NCBI GenBank assembly: GCA_965140445.1
Contig: OZ223236.1
Location: 2,912,001-2,976,000 of the forward strand
Length of the DNA stretch: 64,000 nucleotides
Source of the DNA: Candidatus Ozemobacteraceae bacterium
Lineage (GTDB): Bacteria > Muiribacteriota > Ozemobacteria > Ozemobacterales > Ozemobacteraceae
Direction of reading: 5' to 3'
Under the pieces are notes generated by a model. The model did not search any database. It had not been told where the DNA came from and saw nothing but the letters and a program-made list of their open reading frames with translations. Within the stretch, counting starts at the first letter, position 1. Each line of letters begins with the position of its first letter. Positions 38,263 to 46,460 of this stretch are shown one piece after another. The position numbers were made by a program, and so were the translations under genes.

Positions 38263-40298
38263 GAACTATCATAAAATTTATAGGCGTTACTGACAAAGAG
38301 AATAATATCCATGCTGTTAAATTAAGAGCAGGCGTAAATATCATTACTGGACGGTCATCAACTGGGAAAAGTGCTTTAATAGAAATTTTTGATTACTGCT
38401 TTGGTAGTAAAGACTTTACTATTCCAGAGGGTGTTATTACTAAATACGCTGAAATATATTTTGTTGTTCTTAAAGTAGATGAAACGACTTTAGTTCTTGC
38501 AAGAAGCAGCAATCGAGCTAGAGGATTTTTTAAAGAGGAGGCAAACTCTCAAATACTTGAAAATGAAAATTCATTTAAAAAAGAATATTTTGCCCAAGAG
38601 TATTTTTTACCAATCAATGATTTTTTAAAGGAGCTAAGAAGTTATTTCGGTTCAAATATTCAGCTCACAGATGTGGATGAAAGCCTAATACAAAGACAAC
38701 ATAGAGGAAAAAAGAAAGGAACCCCTTCAATTAGAAGCTTCACTTCTTTTATGCTTCAACATCAGAACTTAGTTGCCAATAAACATGCAATTTTTTATAG
38801 ATTTGATGAAAAAGAAAAAAGAGAGCAAGTTATAGATCACTTTAAAATTTTTGCTGGAATTGTAGACCAAAAATATTTTCTGAAGAAGCAGGAGTTAGAA
38901 AGGCTAGAGTTAGAAAAAAGAAAACTTGAATTACAGTTACCTAAGAAATCAGAGAAAAGAGAAAGAAATAAGGAAAAAATCGAAGAAGCTCTTATCGATT
39001 ATGAGACAGCTAGTGGAAAAGAGCTAGACTTAGGAACGCCTGAGAGTATTGTTCAAAATCCTCAAAAAGCACTTGATAGTTTAAAAAAGAGAAAAATTGA
39101 AGTTGTTGGTTTTTCAAACAACTTCATTGATGAAAAGGAAAAGAAAGAACGAAGAATTGCAAATTTAACAGGCCAATATAGAAAACTACAAAACGTTTTG
39201 AAGGATATTAAAATTTCTATCGAATACGCTGAGAGGCATGAAAAAAACAGCAAAGAGTTACTTGTCCCAGATGAAGCTATGGTTTTCGCCTCAAGTTGCC
39301 CATTTTGTAAAAGCGAAAACCTTTGCTCTGAGCACAATGCAAATAAATTGTCAGAGGCAATTAATTGGCTAAACACTGAACTTGAAAGTTCAAAATATGC
39401 TTTGACTTCATTTAGAGAAGCGGAGAACAAGCAACAAGCAAAACTTCAAGGTGTAAAAACTGAAATTCTTGCTGAAATTGCTGGCTTAAAAGGGCTTGAT
39501 ACACAAATAGAAGAACTCGAAAAATATAAAACCCAATATGAGTTGGCAATGAAAGCCAAAATTAAGATTGAGAATCTTTTAGATTCATTTTTTGAAAATG
39601 AGTTTTTCGATATTGAAAATAGAATTGAAGAAATAAACAATAGAATTAAACAAATTAAAGGTTACTTAAAAAAGCACTATGACGTAGAAGGTAGAATTAA
39701 AGCTGCTGAAATAAAAATTAACTCTTTTATGAAGGAAATTGCTAAATCTTTAGATTTTGAAAAATCATATAAGCCAATGAATCTCAATTTTTCACTTGAA
39801 ACTTTTGATCTTTGGAATGATAAAAAAGGGCAAAAAGTATTTCTTCGATCAATGGGAAGTGGTGCTAATTGGCTTTCTTGCCATATTACATTATTCTTAG
39901 CTCTCAATCGTTATTTCTGTTCATTAAAGGATAAATGTTCAATACCTACAACGTTATTTTTCGACCAGCCCAGCCAAGTTTATTTTCCAAGCATATTGGA
40001 TGATTCGGAAGAATTTGAAGCTGAGGAGATAGCCCAAAAAGAAGGAAAAACACGTAAAAGAAGCGTTGATGAAGATATCCAGGCTGTTATAGATTTTTAC
40101 TCTGAGTTTCTCAATCATTGCAAAAGAACCTTTAAAGATACAGGAATCGAACCACAAATTATTATTACTGATCATGCAGACAATCTTATCCTTAAAGGAT
40201 TTGAAGACACAAAAAAATTTGAAGAACTTGTTGCTGATAGAAGATGGCGAAGCAAAGATTCTGGTTTTATAAAACTCAGCAAGATCATTTTTAAATAA
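38259..40298 (+). CDS. lmuB: DUF3732 SMC/Rad50-like ABC ATPase (LmuB)
   Basis: GRSSTGKS, coiled coil with CPFC, MGSGANW, FFDQPSQVYFP, ITDH. Confidence 0.85.
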   Translation: MRTIIKFIGVTDKENNIHAVKLRAGVNIITGRSSTGKSALIEIFDYCFGSKDFTIPEGVITKYAEIYFVVLKVDETTLVLARSSNRARGFFKEEANSQILENENSFKKEYFAQEYFLPINDFLKELRSYFGSNIQLTDVDESLIQRQHRGKKKGTPSIRSFTSFMLQHQNLVANKHAIFYRFDEKEKREQVIDHFKIFAGIVDQKYFLKKQELERLELEKRKLELQLPKKSEKRERNKEKIEEALIDYETASGKELDLGTPESIVQNPQKALDSLKKRKIEVVGFSNNFIDEKEKKERRIANLTGQYRKLQNVLKDIKISIEYAERHEKNSKELLVPDEAMVFASSCPFCKSENLCSEHNANKLSEAINWLNTELESSKYALTSFREAENKQQAKLQGVKTEILAEIAGLKGLDTQIEELEKYKTQYELAMKAKIKIENLLDSFFENEFFDIENRIEEINNRIKQIKGYLKKHYDVEGRIKAAEIKINSFMKEIAKSLDFEKSYKPMNLNFSLETFDLWNDKKGQKVFLRSMGSGANWLSCHITLFLALNRYFCSLKDKCSIPTTLFFDQPSQVYFPSILDDSEEFEAEEIAQKEGKTRKRSVDEDIQAVIDFYSEFLNHCKRTFKDTGIEPQIIITDHADNLILKGFEDTKKFEELVADRRWRSKDSGFIKLSKIIFK

Positions 40299-40346
40299 CG
40301 CCTGTCGTGCCCGGCCAATTTTTCTGTATCGACGCACTTGTTGAAC
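40293..40346. mobile_element. Degenerate integron attC-like site overlapping the lmuB stop codon
   Basis: Minus strand GTTCAAC-AAGTG-CGTC...ACG-ACAGGC-GTT: 5/6 spacer geometry, inner stem poor. Confidence 0.45.
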
Positions 40347-40494
40347 TCAGCCGCTGGAGCGGCAGCTGAAGGGGAATCAACCGAATTTTACTGGTTTTGC
40401 GATGTCTGGTTTTTTCCCGAATGTTTTAGTTGTGTAAACTCCTCGATTAAAAGGGTTTGAGCCCTGACAGACCACAAACGAGGAGAATGTATTT

Positions 40495-40750
40495 ATGTTA
40501 CCACAACAACAGGAAAAACTCGACAAGCTATACCAGAGCATGGTCAAGGCACTGAAAAGACAAGGTATGGCAGATGTAACGATTGATACTTACAGCAGGG
40601 CAGTTATCAGAATAGCTGCTTTTTTCGATCGCTGCCCAGATGAACTAAGCAAACAGGATTTAAAAGACTATTTTGATCATTTCATTACTATCCGCTCATG
40701 GAGCACAGTCCGAGCCGATCGATGTGGACTGCAATTTTTCTGGAAACATT
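40495..40750 (+). pseudogene. Truncated tyrosine recombinase (N-terminal SAM-like domain only)
   Basis: TIDTYSRAV...FFDRCPDEL...LKDYF...SWSTV...GLQFF; homology ends at FWKH, no catalytic domain (ORF reads on to 40863). Confidence 0.75.
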
Positions 40751-40859
40751 CAATATTTTGGTTCAAGCGAATCAAACATTTCGATATTAATTTTGTATTT
40801 ACTAGCTCTGGAAAAGCTCTCCAGAATCACAATGGCATAAAAATTGTCCAGGCAACTGC

Positions 40860-40892
40860 CTAAATTTTTGCAATTTTTATGAGCAGAGCTAA
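40860..40892 (+). repeat. 33-bp direct repeat, copy 1
   Basis: ctaaatttttgcaatttttatgagcagagctaa; 32/33 identical to 43541-43573. Confidence 0.9.
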
Positions 40893-41143
40893 AAAATCCG
40901 GAAAACGAAGAATCTAAATCTTTTTTAGCCTAAAAAGGTATGGTTACAATTAGAAATACTTATTTATATACATTCCAGCCGTTAGACTGGCCTATTTATT
41001 GAAAGTTAATTAGGCCTAAAAATGCTACTTTACTCTTCCTGACAACTGCCTCTTTAACTTTTTATATAACAGATTAATTACAGGGCAAATCAATTCTGAT
41101 ATTATGTATCTAATAAATCTTGGATTAGAAAATTGGGGAATTT

Positions 41144-42400
41144 ATGAAATTTAGTTCATGGCTAATAGACAAAAAGATCAATGGAATCAATGTAACAGTA
41201 GAATTCACAATCAAAGAGTATTGGGATTTTGCTGAAGAAGTATTAGAAAACAATGACTTGCAGAGAAAAAGAGTAAAGGCTACCGGGAAAACATATCAAT
41301 TGTTAGCAAGAGATTTGAAGTCTGGTTGCATAATGCCCCCAATAATTTTGGCTATAAATGATGAAATTACGGCAGAAAACCAGCAGATTATAGAAAATGC
41401 GGTTGAAAAAGGTTTTATAGAGGATGCTCACGAGGGTGTTCTTGAATCTGCAATAAAAGCAGCAATAGCTAATAAATCTTTACTAATCTTAGATGGTCTT
41501 CAAAGAACTTTTACAATTCAAGATTGCTTAAAAGAATTATCTAATCAAGAAGGGAATCTAACCAACTTTTTAGACTTAAAAATACGAACTGAAGTTTATG
41601 TTGGTTTGGATAGAACTGGGATTTTATATAGAATGCTAACTCTTAATACAGGGCAAACTCCTATGAGTTTGAGGCATCAAATAGAAATAATTTACCAGGA
41701 CTATGCCAATTCCCAAAGATTGATTGGCGAAGAAATAACTTTAATAAAAGAGGCTGAGGATAAAAGGGTTGAAGAGCTTGGACAGTATCAACTGTCCTCT
41801 GCCGCTGATATGTATTATGCATACTCAACTGGGAGTCCAAATTCATATACGAAGCAAACAATATCCACAATTCTGAAAGAAAGTGAATTTTTGGAAGGAT
41901 TTAATACCAAAACGTCTGCAGATTTACCAACAGTTTTACTTAGCTACCATAGATTTGTTAAAAAGCTAAATGAATTATTTCCTCAATGGGAACTATACAC
42001 TGATTTGAGCCCTGAAGAAAAAGAGAAGAAACTAGATAAGTTGGAGGCTATGCCTTTTGGAAAAAATCTAATAAATATTATTAAGAAAGTTCAGGTAATG
42101 GCAGGGTTTGCTGCTGCTGTTTCTAACTTGCAGGAAATTGGTTTTATTAGAAATTTTGAAAGCCTTGATGAAAAAATAGATTCCTTAAAAATTGGTGTGG
42201 GGTTAGATAATCCACTAGATTGGTTAATAGAATGCCTAGAAGAAATAAGGTCGGACTCAAAACGTGTTGGTGAGTCACAAAGAGCTTTTTTCCGCTTTTT
42301 CTTTAAGACATTATTGAATTCATCCCTTGAGAGTTATCTGAAAGTTTCTGATTCTCTTATTTTTGCTAAACAAACTTACGATAGTGTCTTTATGAAATGA
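41144..42400 (+). CDS. ParB/DUF262/DndB-like (DGQQR-type) protein, putative defence
   Basis: LQR, MPPIILA, ILDGLQRT, LNTGQTPMS. Confidence 0.65.
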   Translation: MKFSSWLIDKKINGINVTVEFTIKEYWDFAEEVLENNDLQRKRVKATGKTYQLLARDLKSGCIMPPIILAINDEITAENQQIIENAVEKGFIEDAHEGVLESAIKAAIANKSLLILDGLQRTFTIQDCLKELSNQEGNLTNFLDLKIRTEVYVGLDRTGILYRMLTLNTGQTPMSLRHQIEIIYQDYANSQRLIGEEITLIKEAEDKRVEELGQYQLSSAADMYYAYSTGSPNSYTKQTISTILKESEFLEGFNTKTSADLPTVLLSYHRFVKKLNELFPQWELYTDLSPEEKEKKLDKLEAMPFGKNLINIIKKVQVMAGFAAAVSNLQEIGFIRNFESLDEKIDSLKIGVGLDNPLDWLIECLEEIRSDSKRVGESQRAFFRFFFKTLLNSSLESYLKVSDSLIFAKQTYDSVFMK

Positions 42401-43476
42401 CTAATCTATTAGAATTACTAAACCCTGAACTAGAAGGTTCGCTAGTTCAGGCAGGTTATAGCGATTTAGGTTATTCCTTTGATTTTGGGGCAATTCAAGT
42501 TTTAATAAAGTGCCTCAATCAAATTGAAGATGAAAGATTTGATTTAAATAAATTCTTTGGTGCAGTTTTCACTTCTAACAATGATAAAAACCTAAATAAA
42601 ATTTTTTCAATTGAAAATCATGAGCAAACGATTGGCTTTTGCTTCCCAATATCTTTTCTAATGGATGAATGCAATTTTCCAAATAGATTCCAACAAATCT
42701 ATGCAAGGGCAGCTGTAGAACTCATTATATTTGAGGGGATAGATAATCAGCAGTGCATTTATTCTATGCCATCAAATGCTTTGGTTGAGATAGATATTTG
42801 TGAATTTTTTCCTTCAAATTCTTTTATTCTTGTTATTGGAAAAAGCTTAGAGAGTGCACAAAAGGTAACAATTGAACAGCTGGAAATAAATTTAATTCGG
42901 CATTCTATTTTTAAACCGCTGGAATTAGTGCTTGAGAAAACTCTTAATGAAGAGCTTGACATCGGTAATTTGAGAATAAAAACTGTGTGTGATCGTTTAA
43001 ACGAAAGAGAAAAAATTATTAACTCTTTACTTCAAGCTTCTTTTAATCAGAAAAATTTATTTGGCAAGTTCTTGACTCTATACCAAATTATTGAAATTCT
43101 TATATCGGATATTTTTGATAGAAAATTACAAGAAGTAGTAAAAGAAACTGATTTGACCTCATGGAAATTAAAGGACAAGCTATCTGAAATATCTGGTGAG
43201 TTAAAACGTATTGAATATCTTTATTCAAGCTTAGACACAGCAAAGGCTAATATGGAAAGTTTTAATTTTTGCTGCTCAAAATGCATTAACTTTCTAACGG
43301 ATTTACTTACCCCTGAAGATTTAACTAATCTCTCATGGGCAAAATCGATTTATAGAGTTAGAAATTTTGTTGTACATGCTCAATCAGCTTTAATTTCTAA
43401 AAAAGAAAGTGAATTGCTTGAGATTTGCTCAGCATTTAGACTTTGCCTTCTTGAATTTATTTTCCACTATAACTAA
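42397..43476 (+). CDS. HEPN-like (ApeA-type) C-terminal domain protein, putative defence RNase
   Basis: KFLTLYQIIE helix and IYRVRNFVVH (RxxxxH); ATGA-coupled to the upstream gene. Confidence 0.62.
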   Translation: MTNLLELLNPELEGSLVQAGYSDLGYSFDFGAIQVLIKCLNQIEDERFDLNKFFGAVFTSNNDKNLNKIFSIENHEQTIGFCFPISFLMDECNFPNRFQQIYARAAVELIIFEGIDNQQCIYSMPSNALVEIDICEFFPSNSFILVIGKSLESAQKVTIEQLEINLIRHSIFKPLELVLEKTLNEELDIGNLRIKTVCDRLNEREKIINSLLQASFNQKNLFGKFLTLYQIIEILISDIFDRKLQEVVKETDLTSWKLKDKLSEISGELKRIEYLYSSLDTAKANMESFNFCCSKCINFLTDLLTPEDLTNLSWAKSIYRVRNFVVHAQSALISKKESELLEICSAFRLCLLEFIFHYN

Positions 43477-43540
43477 GATTTCCCACTGACGCACTTGTAA
43501 ACATCCCATTTTAGATCCAAGGAGTTAGCCATGTTTCCGT

Positions 43541-43573
43541 CTAATTTTTTGCAATTTTTATGAGCAGAGCTAA
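43541..43573 (+). repeat. 33-bp direct repeat, copy 2
   Basis: ctaattttttgcaatttttatgagcagagctaa. Confidence 0.9.
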
Positions 43574-43587
43574 GATTAAAATTAATT

Positions 43588-44538
43588 TTAATCTTCCAAG
43601 CTATTTTTAAACGATTGAATCAATTTTGAAAAATTTTCATAAGCATCTTTTCTGCCTTGAAAATAGTAACGGTTAATTAAAGATTCCAATTCAATCTTAA
43701 TTTTATTCTCGTTTTCTAAATCATAATTTCTATTTTGATAATGGACATTTTTCTCTGCTAATAAATAGTAGGAAAAAAGAGAAACTAAAATTATGTTCAA
43801 AATCAATAATATTATTTCTCTAGAAATGGAGCTAGATTTTTTTAACTCAAATTTATTTTTACTATCACAAAAAGCAAGCGAAACATAAACAGTAAAACAT
43901 ACAATGATTAATAACATTCCATTTGCTACAGAATATAGACAGAAAAATTTTGCAAGAAAGCAATTTGGCGCCCAATCCCCGTAACCTAGAGTAGTTATCG
44001 TAACCCCTGAAAAATATATAGCATCAATTATGCCATCAAAAGATTTAATAAAAGCCTCTTTGCAACCAGTTAAAGGCTGAAAAGTACCCTTACTTAAAAC
44101 ATAAAAAATAATGCCATAATCTAAAATTAGCTCAAAATAACTTTTTAATGCCAAATTAATTCTTTCATAGTATTTTAAAGCATCTTGGTTTTCTTGCTCT
44201 TTCTTTTTTAATTTTTCTGATGCATCAATCAAGAAGGCAAAAAAGACTTCATTTACTCTTGAAAAAGAATAAAAGAAACTTATCAAGTAGATCAACTGCA
44301 TTATGCTCCCAGGGATTGATAAAAGCTTAAAATAATCATCCGAGATAAAAAATAAAACAATAAAAATAGTGAGCGATAAGTAAGTAAAGTTAAAGTTCTT
44401 AACTATATTAGAGTGTTTTTTTACATCATCAGTTCGATTAAGAATTTTAGCAATCAATCTGGTAGTAGAAAGTAAATCGATTATTAGAAAGATCACATAC
44501 TTAAAAGCTTTTCTTAAATATATAATTGCGTTGGTCAT
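43588..44538 (-). CDS. Potassium channel pore-domain membrane protein
   Basis: DAIYFSGVTITTLGYGD selectivity filter; multiple TMs. Confidence 0.82.
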   Translation of the reverse strand: MTNAIIYLRKAFKYVIFLIIDLLSTTRLIAKILNRTDDVKKHSNIVKNFNFTYLSLTIFIVLFFISDDYFKLLSIPGSIMQLIYLISFFYSFSRVNEVFFAFLIDASEKLKKKEQENQDALKYYERINLALKSYFELILDYGIIFYVLSKGTFQPLTGCKEAFIKSFDGIIDAIYFSGVTITTLGYGDWAPNCFLAKFFCLYSVANGMLLIIVCFTVYVSLAFCDSKNKFELKKSSSISREIILLILNIILVSLFSYYLLAEKNVHYQNRNYDLENENKIKIELESLINRYYFQGRKDAYENFSKLIQSFKNSLED

Positions 44539-44674
44539 TTTAAAAACTTTCTTTTAATAAATTATCTCTAACAGTTATTTTTATCCCTATTCCACATTTG
44601 TATATTAATCTTTTAAAAAATAAACAATCAAGTTTAATAAATAAGGGGCAAATTTTAATGGATTTTTGACCAAG

Positions 44675-44781
44675 GTGAACAGAATTCCAGGGACACCTTA
44701 CTTAATTATTTTTTGTCGCCAGGCGCCTTTTGCCAGCTGAAGTCAAACCCTATATCTGCAGGCGGCTTTGAGATTTCCAGG
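44675..44781 (-). repeat. Decayed copy of the fic 3' end plus GGGACACCTTACTTAATT motif
   Basis: Minus strand reads SQSRLQI*GLTSAGKRRLATKNN*, versus Fic PQSRLQKYRLTPAGKRYLAQKNN*. Confidence 0.85.
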
Positions 44782-44849
44782 AGATGAATTGGGCTAAAAT
44801 TGTGGTACATAATGCTAAACATCAAAGATCAACTAAACTGTTTAATGGT

Positions 44850-45332
44850 TTAATACGAAACCGACTCGGCTGCATCGCCTGGTTGGGTAGGAATTTTTGA
44901 GTATTCCAGAATGCAGAGGTTTCTTTCATTGTGTTTTACCTGGTCTGTGATAGAAAATCCAATTTTTTGATACAGGGACTTTGCGGTTTGGTTGTCTTCG
45001 AATACATCAAGCCAAATTCTTTTAAATTTTTTATTGATATATTTTTCGATGATCTGGGTGATCGCAGCCTTGCCAATGCCCGCACCTTTTGTGGATACAA
45101 TAATTCTTACTATTTCTAAAGATTTACTGTCTATGTCTACTTTGTTGATGATGTATCCGACAGGTTGGCCATCGTTTACAATAAGCAAGTATTCATAGGA
45201 ATTTGATTTGATATTATTTAGATGTTGATCCCGTGTGTACGGAATTACAAATTTATTATTTTCCGGTCTTGATTCCAGGTCAATTATGAAGTCAATGTCG
45301 GAATCAATGGTCTGTTTTAGCTCAATTTTCAT
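44850..45332 (-). CDS. GNAT acetyltransferase with gene-cassette-like ends
   Basis: KGAGIGK, WLDVFEDNQTAKSLYQKIGF; GTTGAGC before RBS and ACCCAAC-CAGGC-GATGCAGCCGA at the 3' end. Confidence 0.85.
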   Translation of the reverse strand: MKIELKQTIDSDIDFIIDLESRPENNKFVIPYTRDQHLNNIKSNSYEYLLIVNDGQPVGYIINKVDIDSKSLEIVRIIVSTKGAGIGKAAITQIIEKYINKKFKRIWLDVFEDNQTAKSLYQKIGFSITDQVKHNERNLCILEYSKIPTQPGDAAESVSY

Positions 45333-45348
45333 GTTTTTTCCTCTTGCT

Positions 45349-45404
45349 GCTCAACGTCTGGCGTGTCCGAATATTATATTTATGCATAGACGCACTTGTT
45401 CTGG
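45349..45404 (-). mobile_element. Degenerate attC-like site
   Basis: CCAGAAC-AAGTG-CGTC...ACG-CCAGAC-GTTGAGC; shares GACGCACTTGTT with the site at 40331. Confidence 0.5.
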
Positions 45405-45483
45405 CTCTTATTTAACGTTAAGGGTGCCGGTTCAATACTTTCTATATTTACTGTGTGTTTGCAGAAAGACTGACCGGCGTATT

Positions 45484-46131
45484 TCATAGGCCGTCTATAA
45501 CCTCTCTAAGAATAAGTTCTAAGTCGATTGGATTCTCTAACATCGGAAAATGGGCTGAATTTTTTATAAAATACAGATCCAGAAACCTTTCAAAGTTTTC
45601 TGGGTAATTCAAATTCTTACGCACTTGTTCAGAATTTTCTTCAGACCTCATGCCGTATATGCCAATCAGCTTCTTTTTGTTGATAGAATGTCTCTTTTCA
45701 AGAAATTCCAGATTGTATTCATCAGCAGAATTCAAAACATCCTGATTAAAGAATGGCTTGCAATCTTGAATCATTCCTTGAGCATATTCATGTATGGCAC
45801 TTGGTGTTCTTTCAGAGCAATAGTTTCTAAAAAATGGAGGTGGAAAGCTTAAGAAGTAGTCCAGTATGACAATCTGAACATTCTGAAACTCTGGCCTGAG
45901 TGATAATTGCATCGCAACTCCACCACCAAGACTATGCCCAATAATTGCAGAACATTCAGCCAACTGCTCTTTATAACCTGCAACGATTAAGTCGCAAAGC
46001 TTATCCATCGTATTTATATCTGGCATTTGATCAAGCGGATAGTCAACGAAAAAAGAATTTGGAATTCGACTAACCATCTCTTCAAAAATCTCCCCTTTGC
46101 AAGCGTAGCCCGGTATAAAGCAAACTTTCAT
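45484..46131 (-). CDS. Alpha/beta hydrolase
   Basis: FIPGY, GHSLGG nucleophile elbow, SAHFPMLENP; ATG 46131 with GGAG RBS. Confidence 0.85.
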   Translation of the reverse strand: MKVCFIPGYACKGEIFEEMVSRIPNSFFVDYPLDQMPDINTMDKLCDLIVAGYKEQLAECSAIIGHSLGGGVAMQLSLRPEFQNVQIVILDYFLSFPPPFFRNYCSERTPSAIHEYAQGMIQDCKPFFNQDVLNSADEYNLEFLEKRHSINKKKLIGIYGMRSEENSEQVRKNLNYPENFERFLDLYFIKNSAHFPMLENPIDLELILREVIDGL

Positions 46132-46260
46132 ATAATCTCCATTTCTGACCATAAATTGAAATGAGTTTTTATCATCATTTTTCGAAATCAAATCCAACAA
46201 GACATACAATGGAACAATTATGAATACAAGAATAATCTTCAGCCCAGGTTGCCTGTTAAT

Positions 46261-46365
46261 GTGAACCGAATTTCGGGGACAGCATACTTAATTATTTTTT
46301 GACTCCAGGGGGCTTTGGTCAGCGGGAATCAGGCGATATATCTGCAAGCGACTTTGAGACTTCCC
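46261..46365 (-). repeat. Second decayed copy of the fic 3' end plus GGGGACAGCATACTTAATT motif
   Basis: Minus strand reads GKSQSRLQIYRLIPADQSPLESKNN*. Confidence 0.85.
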
Positions 46366-46395
46366 TAAATAGCATTAGCTATAAATGTGATAAAA

Positions 46396-46439
46396 AAACT
46401 CCCCCAGATTAAGCGATTCTTATGTTCTGGGGGAAGTTT
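46396..46439 (-). terminator. Intrinsic terminator after the anti-sigma gene
   Basis: AAACTCCCCCAGA...TCTGGGGGAAGTTT, T-run on minus strand. Confidence 0.65.
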
Positions 46440-46460
46440 CTTAGCTGGAGGTTTAGCGTC

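Noticed and set aside
40750..40860. Minus-strand GSCLDN...ESFSR resembling an IS3-type integrase core fragment
   Set aside because: Too short and degenerate to support without a search
40495..40863. Functional integron integrase IntI
   Set aside because: No catalytic domain or IntI-specific insertion; only an N-terminal fragment
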